A stretch of 64,000 nt of DNA from an uncultured Acidobacteriota bacterium (GCA_963782585.1 CAWAKL010000006.1:15982-79981), one strand, 5' to 3'; shown: positions 51,496-64,000, counted from the first letter of the stretch. Notes: generated from the sequence alone by a model not told the origin. Numbers and translations: made by a program.

Positions 51496-51880
51496 TCACG
51501 ATCTCCTGGTCCGAGACGCCCTTTTCCTTGAGCTGCCACGCGAGGCGCGCCTCCGCCAGGCAGATCCCGCAGCCCGCCGCGTGCTTGTCGACGAAGCAGG
51601 TGAGAAGCGTCTTGTGCTTGAACATCGGGCTCTCCGCGCACTCGCAGAAGCAGTGGAGCTTGTCGAGCGTCGCGGGGATCTTGCGGGCGATCTCGTAGCC
51701 CTGCTTCACCTCGGCGTCCCAGCCCTTCTCGAAGAGCTTCGGGTCGAGCGTGGGACGCGTCTCCTTGCAGTCCGCGCAGGAGCTCTTGGGCTCGGGCGCG
51801 GCCTTGCCTTTGGCAGTGTCCCCGACCAGCGACAGCGCGGGCGCGAGCAGGAGGATCCCGGCGAGCGTTCGGATCTTCAT
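51446..51880 (-). CDS. Exported PCYCGC-motif-like Cys-rich protein
   Basis: Signal peptide, CADC and HCFCEC..H..LLTCF..HAAGCGIC. Confidence 0.8.
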   Translation of the reverse strand: MKIRTLAGILLLAPALSLVGDTAKGKAAPEPKSSCADCKETRPTLDPKLFEKGWDAEVKQGYEIARKIPATLDKLHCFCECAESPMFKHKTLLTCFVDKHAAGCGICLAEARLAWQLKEKGVSDQEIVITVESVHRTDGHPATH

Positions 51881-51936
51881 GCCGCCCTCAACCCGCAGGA
51901 CGTCCGCCTTCTTCCCCGAAAAACGGCACGGACAAC

Positions 51937-52989
51937 CTACTTGAGGCTCTCCATGATCTCTTCGAGCGCCGCCCGTCCCGGCCGCAGGCGCGCGTCGGGA
52001 ACGGAGACGATCGGCTCGGATCCGAGGCCCGACAGCTCGAGGAAGTCCTTCTTCGCTGGCTCGACGTAGATGAGGCCGGTCAAGAACTCCTGCTTCTGCT
52101 GGGACTCCTGGCAGAGCGCGAGGGCCTGCGCTTTGTCGGTGGCGTCGTAGTCGGCGCGGAGCTTCTTGAGCCGGATGTGCGAGCCGTCGTGGAGCTCGAT
52201 GTCCTGGGTCGTTCCCGGATCGTAGTCGACGGTGATGTCCTCGTAGTAGGGCACGAAGCCGATCTCGTGGATGGGGATCTCGTGGTCCTTGGCCCACTTG
52301 TAGGACTTCGTCGAGGAGTCGTGATTGTTGAACGTCACGCAGGGCGAGACGATGTCGAGCAGCGCCGTCCCGCGGTGGGCGAGGGCGCCCTTGAGCAGGG
52401 CGACGAGCTGCTTCATGTCGCCCGAGAACGAGCGCGCCACGTAGCCGCAGCCGAGCTCGATCGCGATCGCGCAGAGATCGATGGCCGGCAGGTCGTTGGT
52501 GACCCCGGTCTTCAGCTTCGAGCCGGCATCGGCCGTCGCCGAGAACTGGCCCTTCGTCAGACCGTAGACGCCGTTGTTCTCGACGATGTAGACCATCGGA
52601 ACGTTGCGCCGCAGAAGGTGAACGAACTGGCCCGCGCCGATCGACGCGGTGTCCCCGTCGCCCGACACGCCGATCGAGAGAAGCGAGGGATTGACCATCA
52701 TCGCGCCCGTCGCCACCGCGGGCATCCGGCCGTGCACCGCGTTGAACCCGTGGCCGCGGTCCGCGAAGTACGCCGTGGTCTTCGACGAGCAGCCGATCCC
52801 CGACATCTTCGCGACCTTGTAGGGCGGGATCGACATCTCGTACATCGCCTGCGTGATCTGGCGCGTGATGACGTCGTGGCCGCAGCCGACGCACAGGGTC
52901 GACTTGAGGCCGCCGTATTCCTTGACGGTGAGGCCGACGCGGTTCGAAGGGGGAGCCTTGGGCTCGGTCGTGCCTGGCGTGGAGGACAT
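51937..52989 (-). CDS. korB: 2-oxoacid:ferredoxin oxidoreductase beta subunit
   Basis: LCVGCGH, SGIGCSSK, HGRMP, GDGD, NGVYGLTKGQ and SPCVTFN motifs. Substrate not determinable from sequence. Confidence 0.93.
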   Translation of the reverse strand: MSSTPGTTEPKAPPSNRVGLTVKEYGGLKSTLCVGCGHDVITRQITQAMYEMSIPPYKVAKMSGIGCSSKTTAYFADRGHGFNAVHGRMPAVATGAMMVNPSLLSIGVSGDGDTASIGAGQFVHLLRRNVPMVYIVENNGVYGLTKGQFSATADAGSKLKTGVTNDLPAIDLCAIAIELGCGYVARSFSGDMKQLVALLKGALAHRGTALLDIVSPCVTFNNHDSSTKSYKWAKDHEIPIHEIGFVPYYEDITVDYDPGTTQDIELHDGSHIRLKKLRADYDATDKAQALALCQESQQKQEFLTGLIYVEPAKKDFLELSGLGSEPIVSVPDARLRPGRAALEEIMESLK

Positions 52990-54838
52990 CAGAGCTTCTC
53001 CCCGGCCTCGATTCCCTCGATCACCGTTTCGGCGTCGAGGGGGAAGCCGTCGTAGTGGCGGATGGACCGGAGCTTCGAGGCGTCCGCGCCGACTTCGAGA
53101 CGGAGCAGGTCGTACATCTGGCCGTCGCGGTTCTGGTCGACGACGTAGACGCGCTCGTGCGCGGCGACGAACGCGGCCGTTTCGGGAGTGAAGGGAAGCG
53201 CGCGGAGGCGCAGGTAGCCTGTGGCGAGCCCCCCGCGCCCGAGAAGCGTCCGCGCCTCCTCGACGGCGAAGTCCGAGGACCCATAGGCGATGACCCCGAC
53301 CTGCGCGCCATTTTCGGCGGACACGACGGGCTTCGGAACGAACTGCTTCGAGGTCTCGAACTTGCGCGCCAGGCGGTCCATGTTGTTCTTGTAGTCGTCG
53401 CCGCGCTCGGTGTACGTGGCCCGGTCGGTGTGCCCCGAGCCGCGGGTGAAGTACGCGGCCGCCGGAGCGTCGATGAAACCGGGCAGCGTGCGGTAGGGGA
53501 TGCCGTCTCCGTCGACGTCGCGGTAGCGGGCGAACTCCCGGAACTTCGCGACGTGCGCCTCGAAGGCTTCCTTCGTCTTGAGGACCTTGCCGCGGTCGAG
53601 CGGCTTCTCGGGATACGGGAAGGGCTCGGCCATCCAGTTGTTCATCCCGAGATCCAGGTCGGTCATCAGGAAGACCGGAGTCTGGAAGCGCTCCGCGAGG
53701 TCGAAGGCGTCCATCGCCATCTCGTAGCACTCCCGGATCGAGCCGGGAGGAGCAGGATGTGCTTCGCGTCGCCGTGGCCGAGGTAGTAGGTCGACGTGAT
53801 GTCCCCCTGCATCGTCCGCGTCGGCAGGCCGGTCGAGGGACCCACGCGCTGGACGTCGACGATCACGGCGGGGACCTCGGCGTAGTAGCCGAGGCCCGTG
53901 AACTCGGACATGAGCGAGATGCCCGGCCCCGACGTCGTCGTCATCGCGCGCGCTCCCGCCCATCCGGCGCCGAGGACCATGCCGAGCGCCGCGAGCTCGT
54001 CCTCGGCCTGGACGACCGAGAGGGTGGGCTGGCCCGTTTCGGGATCGACCCGGTGGCGGCCGGCGTAGTCGATGAGCGACTCCGCGAGCGAAGACGAAGG
54101 CGTGATCGGGTACCAGGCGAGGAACTGGACGCCGGCCATCATGCAGCCGATCGCGGTCGCGGCGTTGCCCTCGATGATGATCTTGCCGGCGGTTTCGTTC
54201 ATGCGCTCGACGCGGAAGGGGTCGCTCTTCTTGAGGTTCTTCTCGGCCCACTCGCGCCCGCCGCGGATCGCCTTCATGTTGATCTCGACCGCCGCGGCCT
54301 TGCTCTGGAACTGTTTCGCGACGGCCTTCTCGATCTCGGCCATGTCGATGTCGAGGAGCCAGGCCGCGACGCCGACATAGATCATGTTCACCGCGAGCCG
54401 CCGGAGCTTGCCGTCCTGGACCAGCTCGAGGACGAGCTTCGAGAACGGAACGGCGTAGAAGTGAACGTCGTTCCGCAGGCCCTCGAGCTTGAGGTTCTCC
54501 TCGTAGATGACCGCCGCGCCGGGAGCGACCGTCTTGACGTCGTCGTGGGCGGTCTCCGGGTTCATGCAGATGAGCACGCCGATGTCCCGACGGCGCGCGA
54601 TGAAACCCTCCTTGGAGGCCCGGATCGTGAACCAGGTCGGCAGGCCCTGGATGTTGGAGGGGAAGAGGTTCTTGCCGGAGACCGGGATCCCCATCTGGAA
54701 GATCGCGCGCATGAGGATCGTGTTGGAGGACTGGCTGCCCGAGCCGTTGGCCGTGGCGACGTGGATCGAGAAGTCGTTGATGACGGGGGGTCGGCGCGAG
54801 GCCTCCGCCCGTTTTTCCTCGAGGACGGCAGTCGACAT
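52989..54838 (-). CDS. korA: 2-oxoacid:acceptor oxidoreductase alpha subunit (frameshift at about 53745)
   Basis: NGSGSQS, FPSNIQG, WYPITPSS, QAEDELAA and TSGPG; then DLDLGMN and QNRDGQ in the next frame. Confidence 0.93.
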
Positions 54839-54958
54839 GTTTCTCCTTGCCGCAGGACTCCAACCCAAAGCCCGGCGGGCCTCGATAATACCAAACGAAG
54901 ACGCGGCCTAAGGCCTTGGCGCGAAGGCGGATAGAATCCGCCGCCGGAGGATTTCCCC

Positions 54959-57052
<2,094 letters not shown>

Positions 57053-57096
57053 CCCTTCCACCGTAGAATTGCGGCCGCCAACCCGAGGAGGATCCG

Positions 57097-58800
57097 ATGG
57101 CGCGCTCGCGTGGCCTCGCCCTTGTCGGTTGTTTCGTCGCGTTCCTGGCCGGTGCGGCGGAGCCCCCGGCGCCTTCGGCGCCCACCGCTTCCGGACTGCT
57201 CTACGATAACGGCCCATTCGTCAACAGTCCGGGCACGGGCGCGGGCGGCGCGGACGAGAGTGTGATCCAGCTGTCAATCGGGCTGAGTATCGTCGGTTTC
57301 CATCACACGGCGGGTTCCCATGCCATCGCGGACGACTTCACCGTTCCGGGGCCCAGCGGCTGGTGGGTCGACTCGGCGACCACCTTCGGATCCCAGTTCG
57401 GCGACCCCGAGGACAACTTTTATACGGCGGTCTCCATGCAGGTATGGGACGGGCCGCCCGGCCAGGTCGGAAGCCGCATCGTCTTCAACACGGTCTCCGA
57501 CGACGACCTCCGCTACACCACCTGGACGGGAGCCTATCGCGTCGGGAACACCGGCGATACGGATCTCCCGATCAACGCGAATACGGTACGTCTCGGCGTC
57601 CTGCTGACTCCGGGTACTTACTGGCTGGTTTGGGCGGTGGAGGCGGAAGGCGATTCGGGAGAGGCTCCCCCGATCACGATCACCGGACAGGCGGATACCG
57701 GCAACGCGCTCCAATTCAGCTTCAGCACCGGGTTATGGACTCCGGTTGAGGACGCCGGCCACCCGCAGGGGTTCCCCTTCGTCCTGCGCGGAAGACAGGT
57801 GTCGTGCCGGGCTCCCGGCGCGCCCGTCCCCGACGACGATCCGGCCGGTGTCACCGACAGCCTCCCGATCGGGGCGGGCGCCGGCCTCATCGACGTCAAT
57901 CTCCACGTCGCCGCGACGCACCCGTCTGTCGACGATCTCGTCGTGCGCCTCGAGCGCGAGGAGAGCGGGACCACGGTGACCACGCTGGACCGGCCGGACT
58001 GCAACGAGGAAGGCCTCCGAGTGACGTTCGACGATGAGGCGTCCGACTCGGTCGTCGGCTACTGCTTCCCCGGGGTTCCGGCGATCCAGGGCCGCCTGAC
58101 CCCCCAGAGTCCCCTCATGCCCTTCGACGGCCAGAGCTCCGTCGGGACGTGGAGCCTGACGGTCTCAGACGAGGAAAACGGGGGGACCGGTACGCTCGAC
58201 GCCTGGTGTCTCGATCTTGTCGTTCCGACGTTCGCAGACGTATCGGCGGGAACGCTCGGAGCGGAGCACATCGAGGCGTTGTCGGGTGCGGAAGTCACCG
58301 GGGGTTGCGGGACGGCGCCGCTCATCTACTGCCCGAACGGCTTCGTCACGCGAGCGCAGATGGCCGTCTTCCTGCTCAAGGGACGCAAAGGGCCGTACTT
58401 CCGCCCCGGGACGGCGACGGGTGCGGTCTTCGACGACGTCGGGGCGGGCGACTTCGCCGCGGTCTGGATCGAGCGGCTCTTCGCGGACGGCGTCACCAGC
58501 GGATGCCAGGCGGTCCCGCCGCTCTACTGCCCGGGATCGAACGTGACCCGCGCGCAGATGGCGGTCTTTCTTCTCAAGTCCAAATTCGGCTCGTCCTACG
58601 TTCCGCCTCCCGCCACGGGTCTCGTGTTCCAGGACGTCGGCGCCGGAGATTTCGCCGCCGCGTGGATCGAGGCTCTGGCGGCCGAGGGAATTACCGGAGG
58701 CTGTTCGGCCGCGCCGCCCCTCTACTGTCCCGGGGCGAGCGTGACCCGGGCCCAGATGGCGATCTTCCTGGTGAGGGCGTTTGGCCTGCCGCTGCCGTGA
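57097..58800 (+). CDS. Secreted protein with proprotein-convertase P-domain and three SLH-like repeats
   Basis: Signal peptide; THPSVDDL..GTWSLTVSD..GTL..WCL P-domain; three copies of GC..YCP...VTRAQMA.FL. Confidence 0.88.
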   Translation: MARSRGLALVGCFVAFLAGAAEPPAPSAPTASGLLYDNGPFVNSPGTGAGGADESVIQLSIGLSIVGFHHTAGSHAIADDFTVPGPSGWWVDSATTFGSQFGDPEDNFYTAVSMQVWDGPPGQVGSRIVFNTVSDDDLRYTTWTGAYRVGNTGDTDLPINANTVRLGVLLTPGTYWLVWAVEAEGDSGEAPPITITGQADTGNALQFSFSTGLWTPVEDAGHPQGFPFVLRGRQVSCRAPGAPVPDDDPAGVTDSLPIGAGAGLIDVNLHVAATHPSVDDLVVRLEREESGTTVTTLDRPDCNEEGLRVTFDDEASDSVVGYCFPGVPAIQGRLTPQSPLMPFDGQSSVGTWSLTVSDEENGGTGTLDAWCLDLVVPTFADVSAGTLGAEHIEALSGAEVTGGCGTAPLIYCPNGFVTRAQMAVFLLKGRKGPYFRPGTATGAVFDDVGAGDFAAVWIERLFADGVTSGCQAVPPLYCPGSNVTRAQMAVFLLKSKFGSSYVPPPATGLVFQDVGAGDFAAAWIEALAAEGITGGCSAAPPLYCPGASVTRAQMAIFLVRAFGLPLP

Positions 58801-58821
58801 AGCGACCCGGCAGGGGATCCG

Positions 58822-58881
58822 TCAGTCTACGGACACGCGGCGGATCCGACGGCGCTGGGGATGATTTACAGCGCGACGAAG
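58822..58881. repeat. Chimeric repeat: copy of the AAA gene 3' end fused to a copy of the S9 gene 3' end
   Basis: 58822-58842 matches 59324-59344 (16/21, stop codon kept in register); 58839-58881 matches 57007-57049 (39/43). Confidence 0.8.
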
Positions 58882-58895
58882 GAGAGGGTGCTCCG

Positions 58896-59327
58896 ATGAA
58901 CAAGAACTCCGGGACGCTCCACGACCTCAAGATCCACGTGAAGCTGAAACTCTCCGCCCTGTGGACGAGCGTGATGTTCTGTTACATCTACGGGGACTAT
59001 TTCGGCCTCTACCCGCCGGGGAAACTGCAGGGGATGCTGGAGGGACGAATGGGGCCGCTCGGAGCCGTGACTCAGGGAGTGTTGCTGGGAACCGCGGCCT
59101 TGATGGCGATCCCCAGCCTCATGGTGGTCCTGTCTCTTGTCTTGAGGCCGGCCGTCAGCCGGTGGGCGAACATCATCGTCGGAGCGCTCTTCACCGTCAT
59201 CATGCTGATCACGATGCCGGGGGCGTGGGCTTTCTACCTCTTCCTGGGCGTCATCGAAGTTGTGCTGACGGCGCTGATCGTCTGGTACGCGTGGACCTGG
59301 CCCAGGCAGGCCGCGGACGAAACCTAG
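58896..59327 (+). CDS. DUF6326-like membrane protein
   Basis: KLKLSALWTSVMFCYIYGDYF..YAWTWP; four TM segments. Confidence 0.85.
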   Translation: MNKNSGTLHDLKIHVKLKLSALWTSVMFCYIYGDYFGLYPPGKLQGMLEGRMGPLGAVTQGVLLGTAALMAIPSLMVVLSLVLRPAVSRWANIIVGALFTVIMLITMPGAWAFYLFLGVIEVVLTALIVWYAWTWPRQAADET

Positions 59328-60808
59328 TCCGCGGACACGCAGCGCCCCTTCGCCCACTGCCTCAGCGCGTCGATCCTCTCCGCTCGAACGACTGACAGCG
59401 GGCGAGTCGAGCGAAGGGCCGTGATGACCGCGGCGGTGTCCAGGGGGAACCGTCCGGCCCGCGCTTCGTAGAGGGCGGAGACGACGGCCTGCTCGATCTC
59501 GGCGCCCGAGAACCCTTCGGAGGCATCGGCGAGGGCGTCGCTGTCGAAGCGCGTCGGATCCTCGTCGCGACGCGAGAGGTGGAGGCGGAAGATCTGCGCC
59601 CTCGCCGCCCGGGACGGCAGATCCACGAAGAAGACTTCGTCGATCCGGCCCTTGCGCATCATTTCGGGCGGAAGCTCGTCGACCGAGTTGGCGGTCGCGA
59701 CGAGGAAGACGCGCGCGGCGCGCTCCTGCATCCAGGTGAGAAGCGTCGCAACCAGGCGTTTGGAGACGCCTCCGTCGGACTCCGAGGTGCGCGCCGAGAC
59801 GAAGGCCTTCTCGATCTCGTCGATCCAGAGAACGCAGGGGGCCATGCGCTCGACCCTCTTGAGGGCGTCGCGGAGGTTTCTCTCCGACTCGCCGATGTAG
59901 GGCGCGAGCAGCTTGCCGGCGTCGAGCGCGAGGAGCGGGAGGCCCCAGGTCGCCGCGATGGACTTGGCGGCGAGGCTCTTCCCGCAGCCCTGGACGCCGA
60001 GGAGCAGGATCCCCCGGGGGGGATCCAGGGGCTTCTCGCCGGCTACGGGCAGGAAGCCGACCTTCCGGGTCGCGACCCACTTCTTCAGCTTCTCGAGGCC
60101 TCCGACCTGATCGAGCCCGTCCGGCGCGGGAACGAACTCGAGCAGGCCGCCGCCCTCGACCAGGACCTTCTTGGTCTCCCGGATCCGGGGCCGGTCCTCT
60201 ACGGTCAGCGCCTGGTCGTAGACGATGGCCCGCGAGAGCGCGCGCTCCGCCTCGAACATGGTCAATCCCTGCAGGTCGGCCACGATGCCGCTCGCCTCCT
60301 CCGGGGAGAGGGAGATCCTCGGCGCGGGGACGTCGCGGGATTGGCGGCGGATGACTCGCTTGAGAAGCTCCTCGAGCTCGGCCGGGCCGGGAAGGGCGAA
60401 CTCGAAGCGCACCTGGACGTCCTCGAGCTCCGGCCGGGAGGGCAGCGTGGGCCCGACCAGCACGAGCGTCCGCGCAGCGCCGGCGAACTCCTGCGCCGTC
60501 TCCCGCAGCAGGCGCAGCGTGGCCGGCGCCTCGAGGTGCGCGCCGGGGTCCTTGAGAAGCCAGGTGCCCTCCCCGGTCGCCCGGCGGATCAGCCGGAGGG
60601 CGAAGGCGAGGTCGATCGACTTCTCGGAATCGTGGGGGTGGGCCGGCAGAAGCCCGCTCGCCGCGCTCCAGCTCCAGAAGGGGATCGTCAGCTCGCTCGA
60701 AACCGCGCGGACGAGGGCCTCGAAGCGCTGCTCCTCGACCGTCTCGCAGACGATCAGGGGGTGGCGCGACTTCAGCAGAAGTGCGAGGTCTTTGGCGGCG
60801 ACGTCCAA
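59324..60808 (-). CDS. AAA+ ATPase (Ycf46-like)
   Basis: VGGLEKLK, GVQGCGKS, WIDEIEK, ATAN and RKGRIDE motifs. Confidence 0.92.
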   Translation of the reverse strand: MDVAAKDLALLLKSRHPLIVCETVEEQRFEALVRAVSSELTIPFWSWSAASGLLPAHPHDSEKSIDLAFALRLIRRATGEGTWLLKDPGAHLEAPATLRLLRETAQEFAGAARTLVLVGPTLPSRPELEDVQVRFEFALPGPAELEELLKRVIRRQSRDVPAPRISLSPEEASGIVADLQGLTMFEAERALSRAIVYDQALTVEDRPRIRETKKVLVEGGGLLEFVPAPDGLDQVGGLEKLKKWVATRKVGFLPVAGEKPLDPPRGILLLGVQGCGKSLAAKSIAATWGLPLLALDAGKLLAPYIGESERNLRDALKRVERMAPCVLWIDEIEKAFVSARTSESDGGVSKRLVATLLTWMQERAARVFLVATANSVDELPPEMMRKGRIDEVFFVDLPSRAARAQIFRLHLSRRDEDPTRFDSDALADASEGFSGAEIEQAVVSALYEARAGRFPLDTAAVITALRSTRPLSVVRAERIDALRQWAKGRCVSAD

Positions 60809-60852
60809 ACTGCCGCTTAGTGTAGCGAACCGATCGAGAATAGACTGGGCCC

Positions 60853-61612
60853 GTGCCGCCGATGCGGGTGGTTTCCCTCTGCCCGTCGATCACGGAGACG
60901 ATCGTCGCGATCGGCGGTTTGAAGGCGATCGCCGGCGTCACCCGTTACTGCACGCGGCCGAGCGGGATGCTCTGGGGTCTGCCGCGCGTGGGCGGCACCA
61001 AGAGCCCGGACATCCCCCGCATCCTCGACCTCAAGCCCGACCTCGTGTTCGCCAACGCCGAGGAGAACCGCAAGGTGGACGTGGACGCGCTCCGCGCGGC
61101 CGGCGTCGAGGTCGACGTCACGATGCCGAAAACCGTGGGGGAGGTGCCTCGGGCCATCCGCCAGTGGGGCGCCCTCCTCGCGACCGAGGCCGAGGCGAAC
61201 GTGCTGGCCGATCGGATCGAGGCGGAGATCGAGAAGCTCGCCGCCAGACCGCCGACCACCACGTTTCTGTACGCCTACTGGATCTGGAAGGACCCCTGGA
61301 TGACCATCTCGGACGACACGTACGTGGCGGATCTGATCCGTCTCGGGGGCGGCGTCAACGTGTACGGAAGCGAGAAGGTCCGCTATCCCACGACCAGCCC
61401 GCGTGAAGCCCAGGCGCGGCGGCCCGCCGTGCACATCTTTCCGAGCGAGCCCTTCCCCTTCACCGAGGAGAAGCACGGGGCGCTGACCGCTCAGCTTTTC
61501 GGGCGCGGAGAGCCGGCGGCGGTTCGTTCCGGGGGACGACTATTGCTGGCACGGTGTCCGAACACTCGAGGGTCTGAGAGCGGTCCGGACCCTAATGGAA
61601 TTCGGAGATTAG
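60853..61612 (+). CDS. Helical-backbone metal receptor, BtuF-like (frameshift near the 3' end)
   Basis: RVVSLCPSITE, VGGTK.PD, EEN and SEPFPF; shifted tail GDDYCWHGVRT ends at TAG 61612. Confidence 0.85.
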
Positions 61613-61625
61613 GAGTATTTGCCGA

Positions 61626-62921
61626 ATGAAATCAGGATACTGGCTGGGCTTGTCGTTTACTGTTGCCGCTGCCGGTCTTGCCCAGACACCCGCGCCGGCG
61701 CCCGTCACCGTGATTCGAGCCGGTGCGCTCATCGACGGCACGTCGGCGTCCGTCCGGCGGGACCAGGCCATCGTCGTGCGCGGAAACCGGATCGAGAGCG
61801 TCGGGCCATTCGCGCAGGCCGCCGTGCCGGCCGGCGCGGTGGTCACCGATCTGTCGATGGCGACCGTGCTTCCGGGGATGATCGACGCCCACACGCACGT
61901 CCTTCTCGACCCGAAGGAAGACAGCTACGACATGCAGATCCTGAAGGAGTCGACCGCCTTTCGGGCGGCGAGAGCGACGGGTCTCGTCGGCCGGATGCTC
62001 GAGCAGGGATTCACGACCATTCGCGACGTCGAGACGGAGGGCGCCGGCTACGCCGACGTCGGCGTCAAGCAGGCGATCGACAAGGGCTACGTGGCCGGTC
62101 CGCGGATGTTCGTCTGCACCCGGGCGATCTCCTCGACCGGCGGCTACGCGCTCGACGGTTACTCGCCCGACCACGTGCTGCCGACGGGCGCCCAGCTCGT
62201 GGACGGCCCCGTCGAGGCGCGCAAGGCCGCCCGCGAGCAGCTCGCGAACGGCGCCGACTGGATCAAGGTCTACATGAACCACCGCTCCTGGGTGGACGCG
62301 AAGGGGAACCTCGTCTCGCAGCCGACGCTGACCGCCGAGGAGCTCGCCGCGATCATCGACGAGGCGCACGGGCAGGGGAAGAAAGTCGCCTGCCACGCCT
62401 ACAACGGGCCGGGCATGCGCCGGGCGCTCGACGGCAAGTGCGACTCGATCGAGCACGGCCTGGATCTCTCCGACCAGGACGTCGCCCAGATGGTCCGGCA
62501 GGGGACGTGGCTATGCCCGACGATGATGCCGTACTTCTACGAGCAGCAGCCGGAAGGAACGCCGGGCGGCATCCGGGACCGCAAGCGCGTCGAGGTCCAT
62601 GGTCCCGCGCTCAGCCGTGCGGTCAAGGCCGGCGTGAAGATCGCGTTCGGCACCGACGCGGGAAGCTTTTCCTGGGACGAACCGCTCGTTCGCGAGTTCG
62701 TTCTCATGGTCGAGGCCGGGATGACACCCATGGCGGCGATCCAGTCGGCGACCTCGAAAGCGGCCGAGATGCTCGGGATGTCGGGGCAGCTGGGCGTCGT
62801 TGCGCCGGGAGCCTACGCGGACATCGTCGCGGTCCAGGGCGATCCACTGGCCGACGTGAAGGCGCTCGGAAACGTCGTTTTCGTGATGAAGGACGGGAAG
62901 GTCTACCGAAAGGCGCCCTAG
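61626..62921 (+). CDS. Secreted metal-dependent amidohydrolase
   Basis: PGMIDAHTH, GFTTIRD, DWIK, SIEHG, FGTDAG and ADIVAV motifs. Confidence 0.93.
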   Translation: MKSGYWLGLSFTVAAAGLAQTPAPAPVTVIRAGALIDGTSASVRRDQAIVVRGNRIESVGPFAQAAVPAGAVVTDLSMATVLPGMIDAHTHVLLDPKEDSYDMQILKESTAFRAARATGLVGRMLEQGFTTIRDVETEGAGYADVGVKQAIDKGYVAGPRMFVCTRAISSTGGYALDGYSPDHVLPTGAQLVDGPVEARKAAREQLANGADWIKVYMNHRSWVDAKGNLVSQPTLTAEELAAIIDEAHGQGKKVACHAYNGPGMRRALDGKCDSIEHGLDLSDQDVAQMVRQGTWLCPTMMPYFYEQQPEGTPGGIRDRKRVEVHGPALSRAVKAGVKIAFGTDAGSFSWDEPLVREFVLMVEAGMTPMAAIQSATSKAAEMLGMSGQLGVVAPGAYADIVAVQGDPLADVKALGNVVFVMKDGKVYRKAP

Positions 62922-63514
62922 CCGCGCCGGTTCAGCAGGTCCAGAAACTCCTCGCGCACCGACTGCGAGTTGAAGATGCCGCGCAGGGCCGAGGTCACGG
63001 TCAGGGCCCCCGGCTTCTTGATGCCCCGCATCTCGACGCAGAGGTGGCGCGCCTCGACGACGACCATGACCCCCTGCGGGTCCAGCTTCTGGGCCATGAA
63101 TCCCGCGATCTGCTCGGTCAGGCGCTCCTGGAGCTGCGGCCGCCGCGCGTAGAACTCGACGATGCGGGCCATCTTGGACAGCCCGACGATCGACTCGTTC
63201 GGAATGTACGCGACGTGGGCGTGGCCGTAGAAGGGGACGAAGTGGTGGGAGCAGAGCGAGTAGAACGGGATGTCCTTCTCGATGACCATCGAGCTGTAGC
63301 GCTCGTCGTTGGGGAAGAAGGTGACCTTGGGCTCGGCGCCCTCGGAGAGGCCTGCGAAGAGCTCGAGGTACATCTTCGCGACGCGCTCCGGCGTCTCGAC
63401 GAGGTTCGGGTCGGCCATGTCGAGGCCGAGCAGCTCGATGATCTTGCGGAAGTGCGCCGCGATGTCCCGGATGCGGTCTGTGTCGGCCAGGGTCGGGACT
63501 CCGAGCTCGCTCAT
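62918..63514 (-). CDS. folE: GTP cyclohydrolase I
   Basis: ETPERVAK, SLCSHHFVPF, GLSK, QLQERLT and HLCVEMRG motifs. Confidence 0.96.
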   Translation of the reverse strand: MSELGVPTLADTDRIRDIAAHFRKIIELLGLDMADPNLVETPERVAKMYLELFAGLSEGAEPKVTFFPNDERYSSMVIEKDIPFYSLCSHHFVPFYGHAHVAYIPNESIVGLSKMARIVEFYARRPQLQERLTEQIAGFMAQKLDPQGVMVVVEARHLCVEMRGIKKPGALTVTSALRGIFNSQSVREEFLDLLNRRG

Positions 63515-63569
63515 GGCGCTCCGATCCTTCACGGTTGCCTGCCGGCCCGCCCGGTGAGACGTCCCGTCC

Positions 63570-64000
63570 TCAGGCCGCCCGGGCCGTCTCGATCAGCCGG
63601 GCGATGTCGCGGGCCACGGGGATTTCGCTGCCCACGATCTGCTTGATCTTGCCGTCCTTGCCGATGATGAAGGCCGTCCGCGCCGCCATGCCCTTCTCGG
63701 GAAGGTAGACGCCGTATTTCTCGGCGACCGCGCCCTTGGGGTGAAAGTCGGCGAGGAGGGGGTACGTGACGCCCTGCTGGGCCGCGAAGGCCTTGTGGGA
63801 CCAGAGGGAGTCGACCGAGACCCCCAGGACCTCGACGTCCCCGGCCCCCTTCGTCGGCAGCATCTCGGCGCACTGCTTGTTTTCCACCGAGCACACGGGT
63901 GAGAAATCCAGCGGATAGAAGAGGAGGATCACGTTCTTTTTTCCCCGGTAGTCCGAGAGGGTCACTTTCTCGTTGACGGTGGAGGGGAGCGTGAAATCGG
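63570..64000 (-). CDS. Peroxiredoxin (AhpC/TSA, AhpE-like); 5' end beyond the window
   Basis: FYPLDFSPVCSVE, VSVDS, LLADFHP and RTAFII motifs. Confidence 0.9.
   Translation of the reverse strand, partial: DFTLPSTVNEKVTLSDYRGKKNVILLFYPLDFSPVCSVENKQCAEMLPTKGAGDVEVLGVSVDSLWSHKAFAAQQGVTYPLLADFHPKGAVAEKYGVYLPEKGMAARTAFIIGKDGKIKQIVGSEIPVARDIARLIETARAA

Noticed and set aside
58297-58780. Three regularly spaced DNA repeats resembling an array
   Set aside because: They are in-frame SLH-domain repeats; there are no unique spacers or cas genes.
59324-60808. AAA ATPase as part of an anti-phage system
   Set aside because: Ycf46-like architecture with no nuclease or effector neighbours.

Overview
High-GC bacterial chromosome segment. 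Gene content suggests Acidobacteriota, probably Thermoanaerobaculia (inference from the sulfatase-TPR lipoprotein, Hanks kinase, SLH and IPTL-CTERM proteins). Left arm: gpmI, a GH57/GT4/debranching alpha-glucan cluster, tkt-tal-zwf, EF-G II, fdhD and a Ser/Thr kinase. Next are tRNA-Pro(CGG) and a ~17 kb accessory region (cNMP-TrxB-like protein, hydrolases, cupins, paoABC-like oxidoreductase, OsmC, cytochrome P460, tandem membrane paralogs, IPTL-CTERM protein). Then come lexA with an unusual leader, tRNA-Cys/Leu, rnc, dsbD, tRNA-Phe and def. A translationally coupled operon follows: nuoB-CD-I plus an LpxL-like acyltransferase, an adenylate-forming enzyme and a PLP decarboxylase. The right arm has a 2-oxoacid:ferredoxin oxidoreductase, S9 peptidase, SLH protein, AAA ATPase, amidohydrolase, folE and a peroxiredoxin. 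Many single-base frameshifts, some in housekeeping genes, most likely reflect long-read assembly error. No integrase, transposase, rRNA or CRISPR array was seen. Best leads: (1) the acyltransferase/ligase/decarboxylase module coupled to an orphan complex I Q-module; (2) a chimeric junction that duplicates the 3' ends of both flanking genes between two cargo genes; (3) a promoter-driven structured RNA and a candidate new operator upstream of lexA; (4) a pair of tiny convergent zinc-ribbon-like ORFs.
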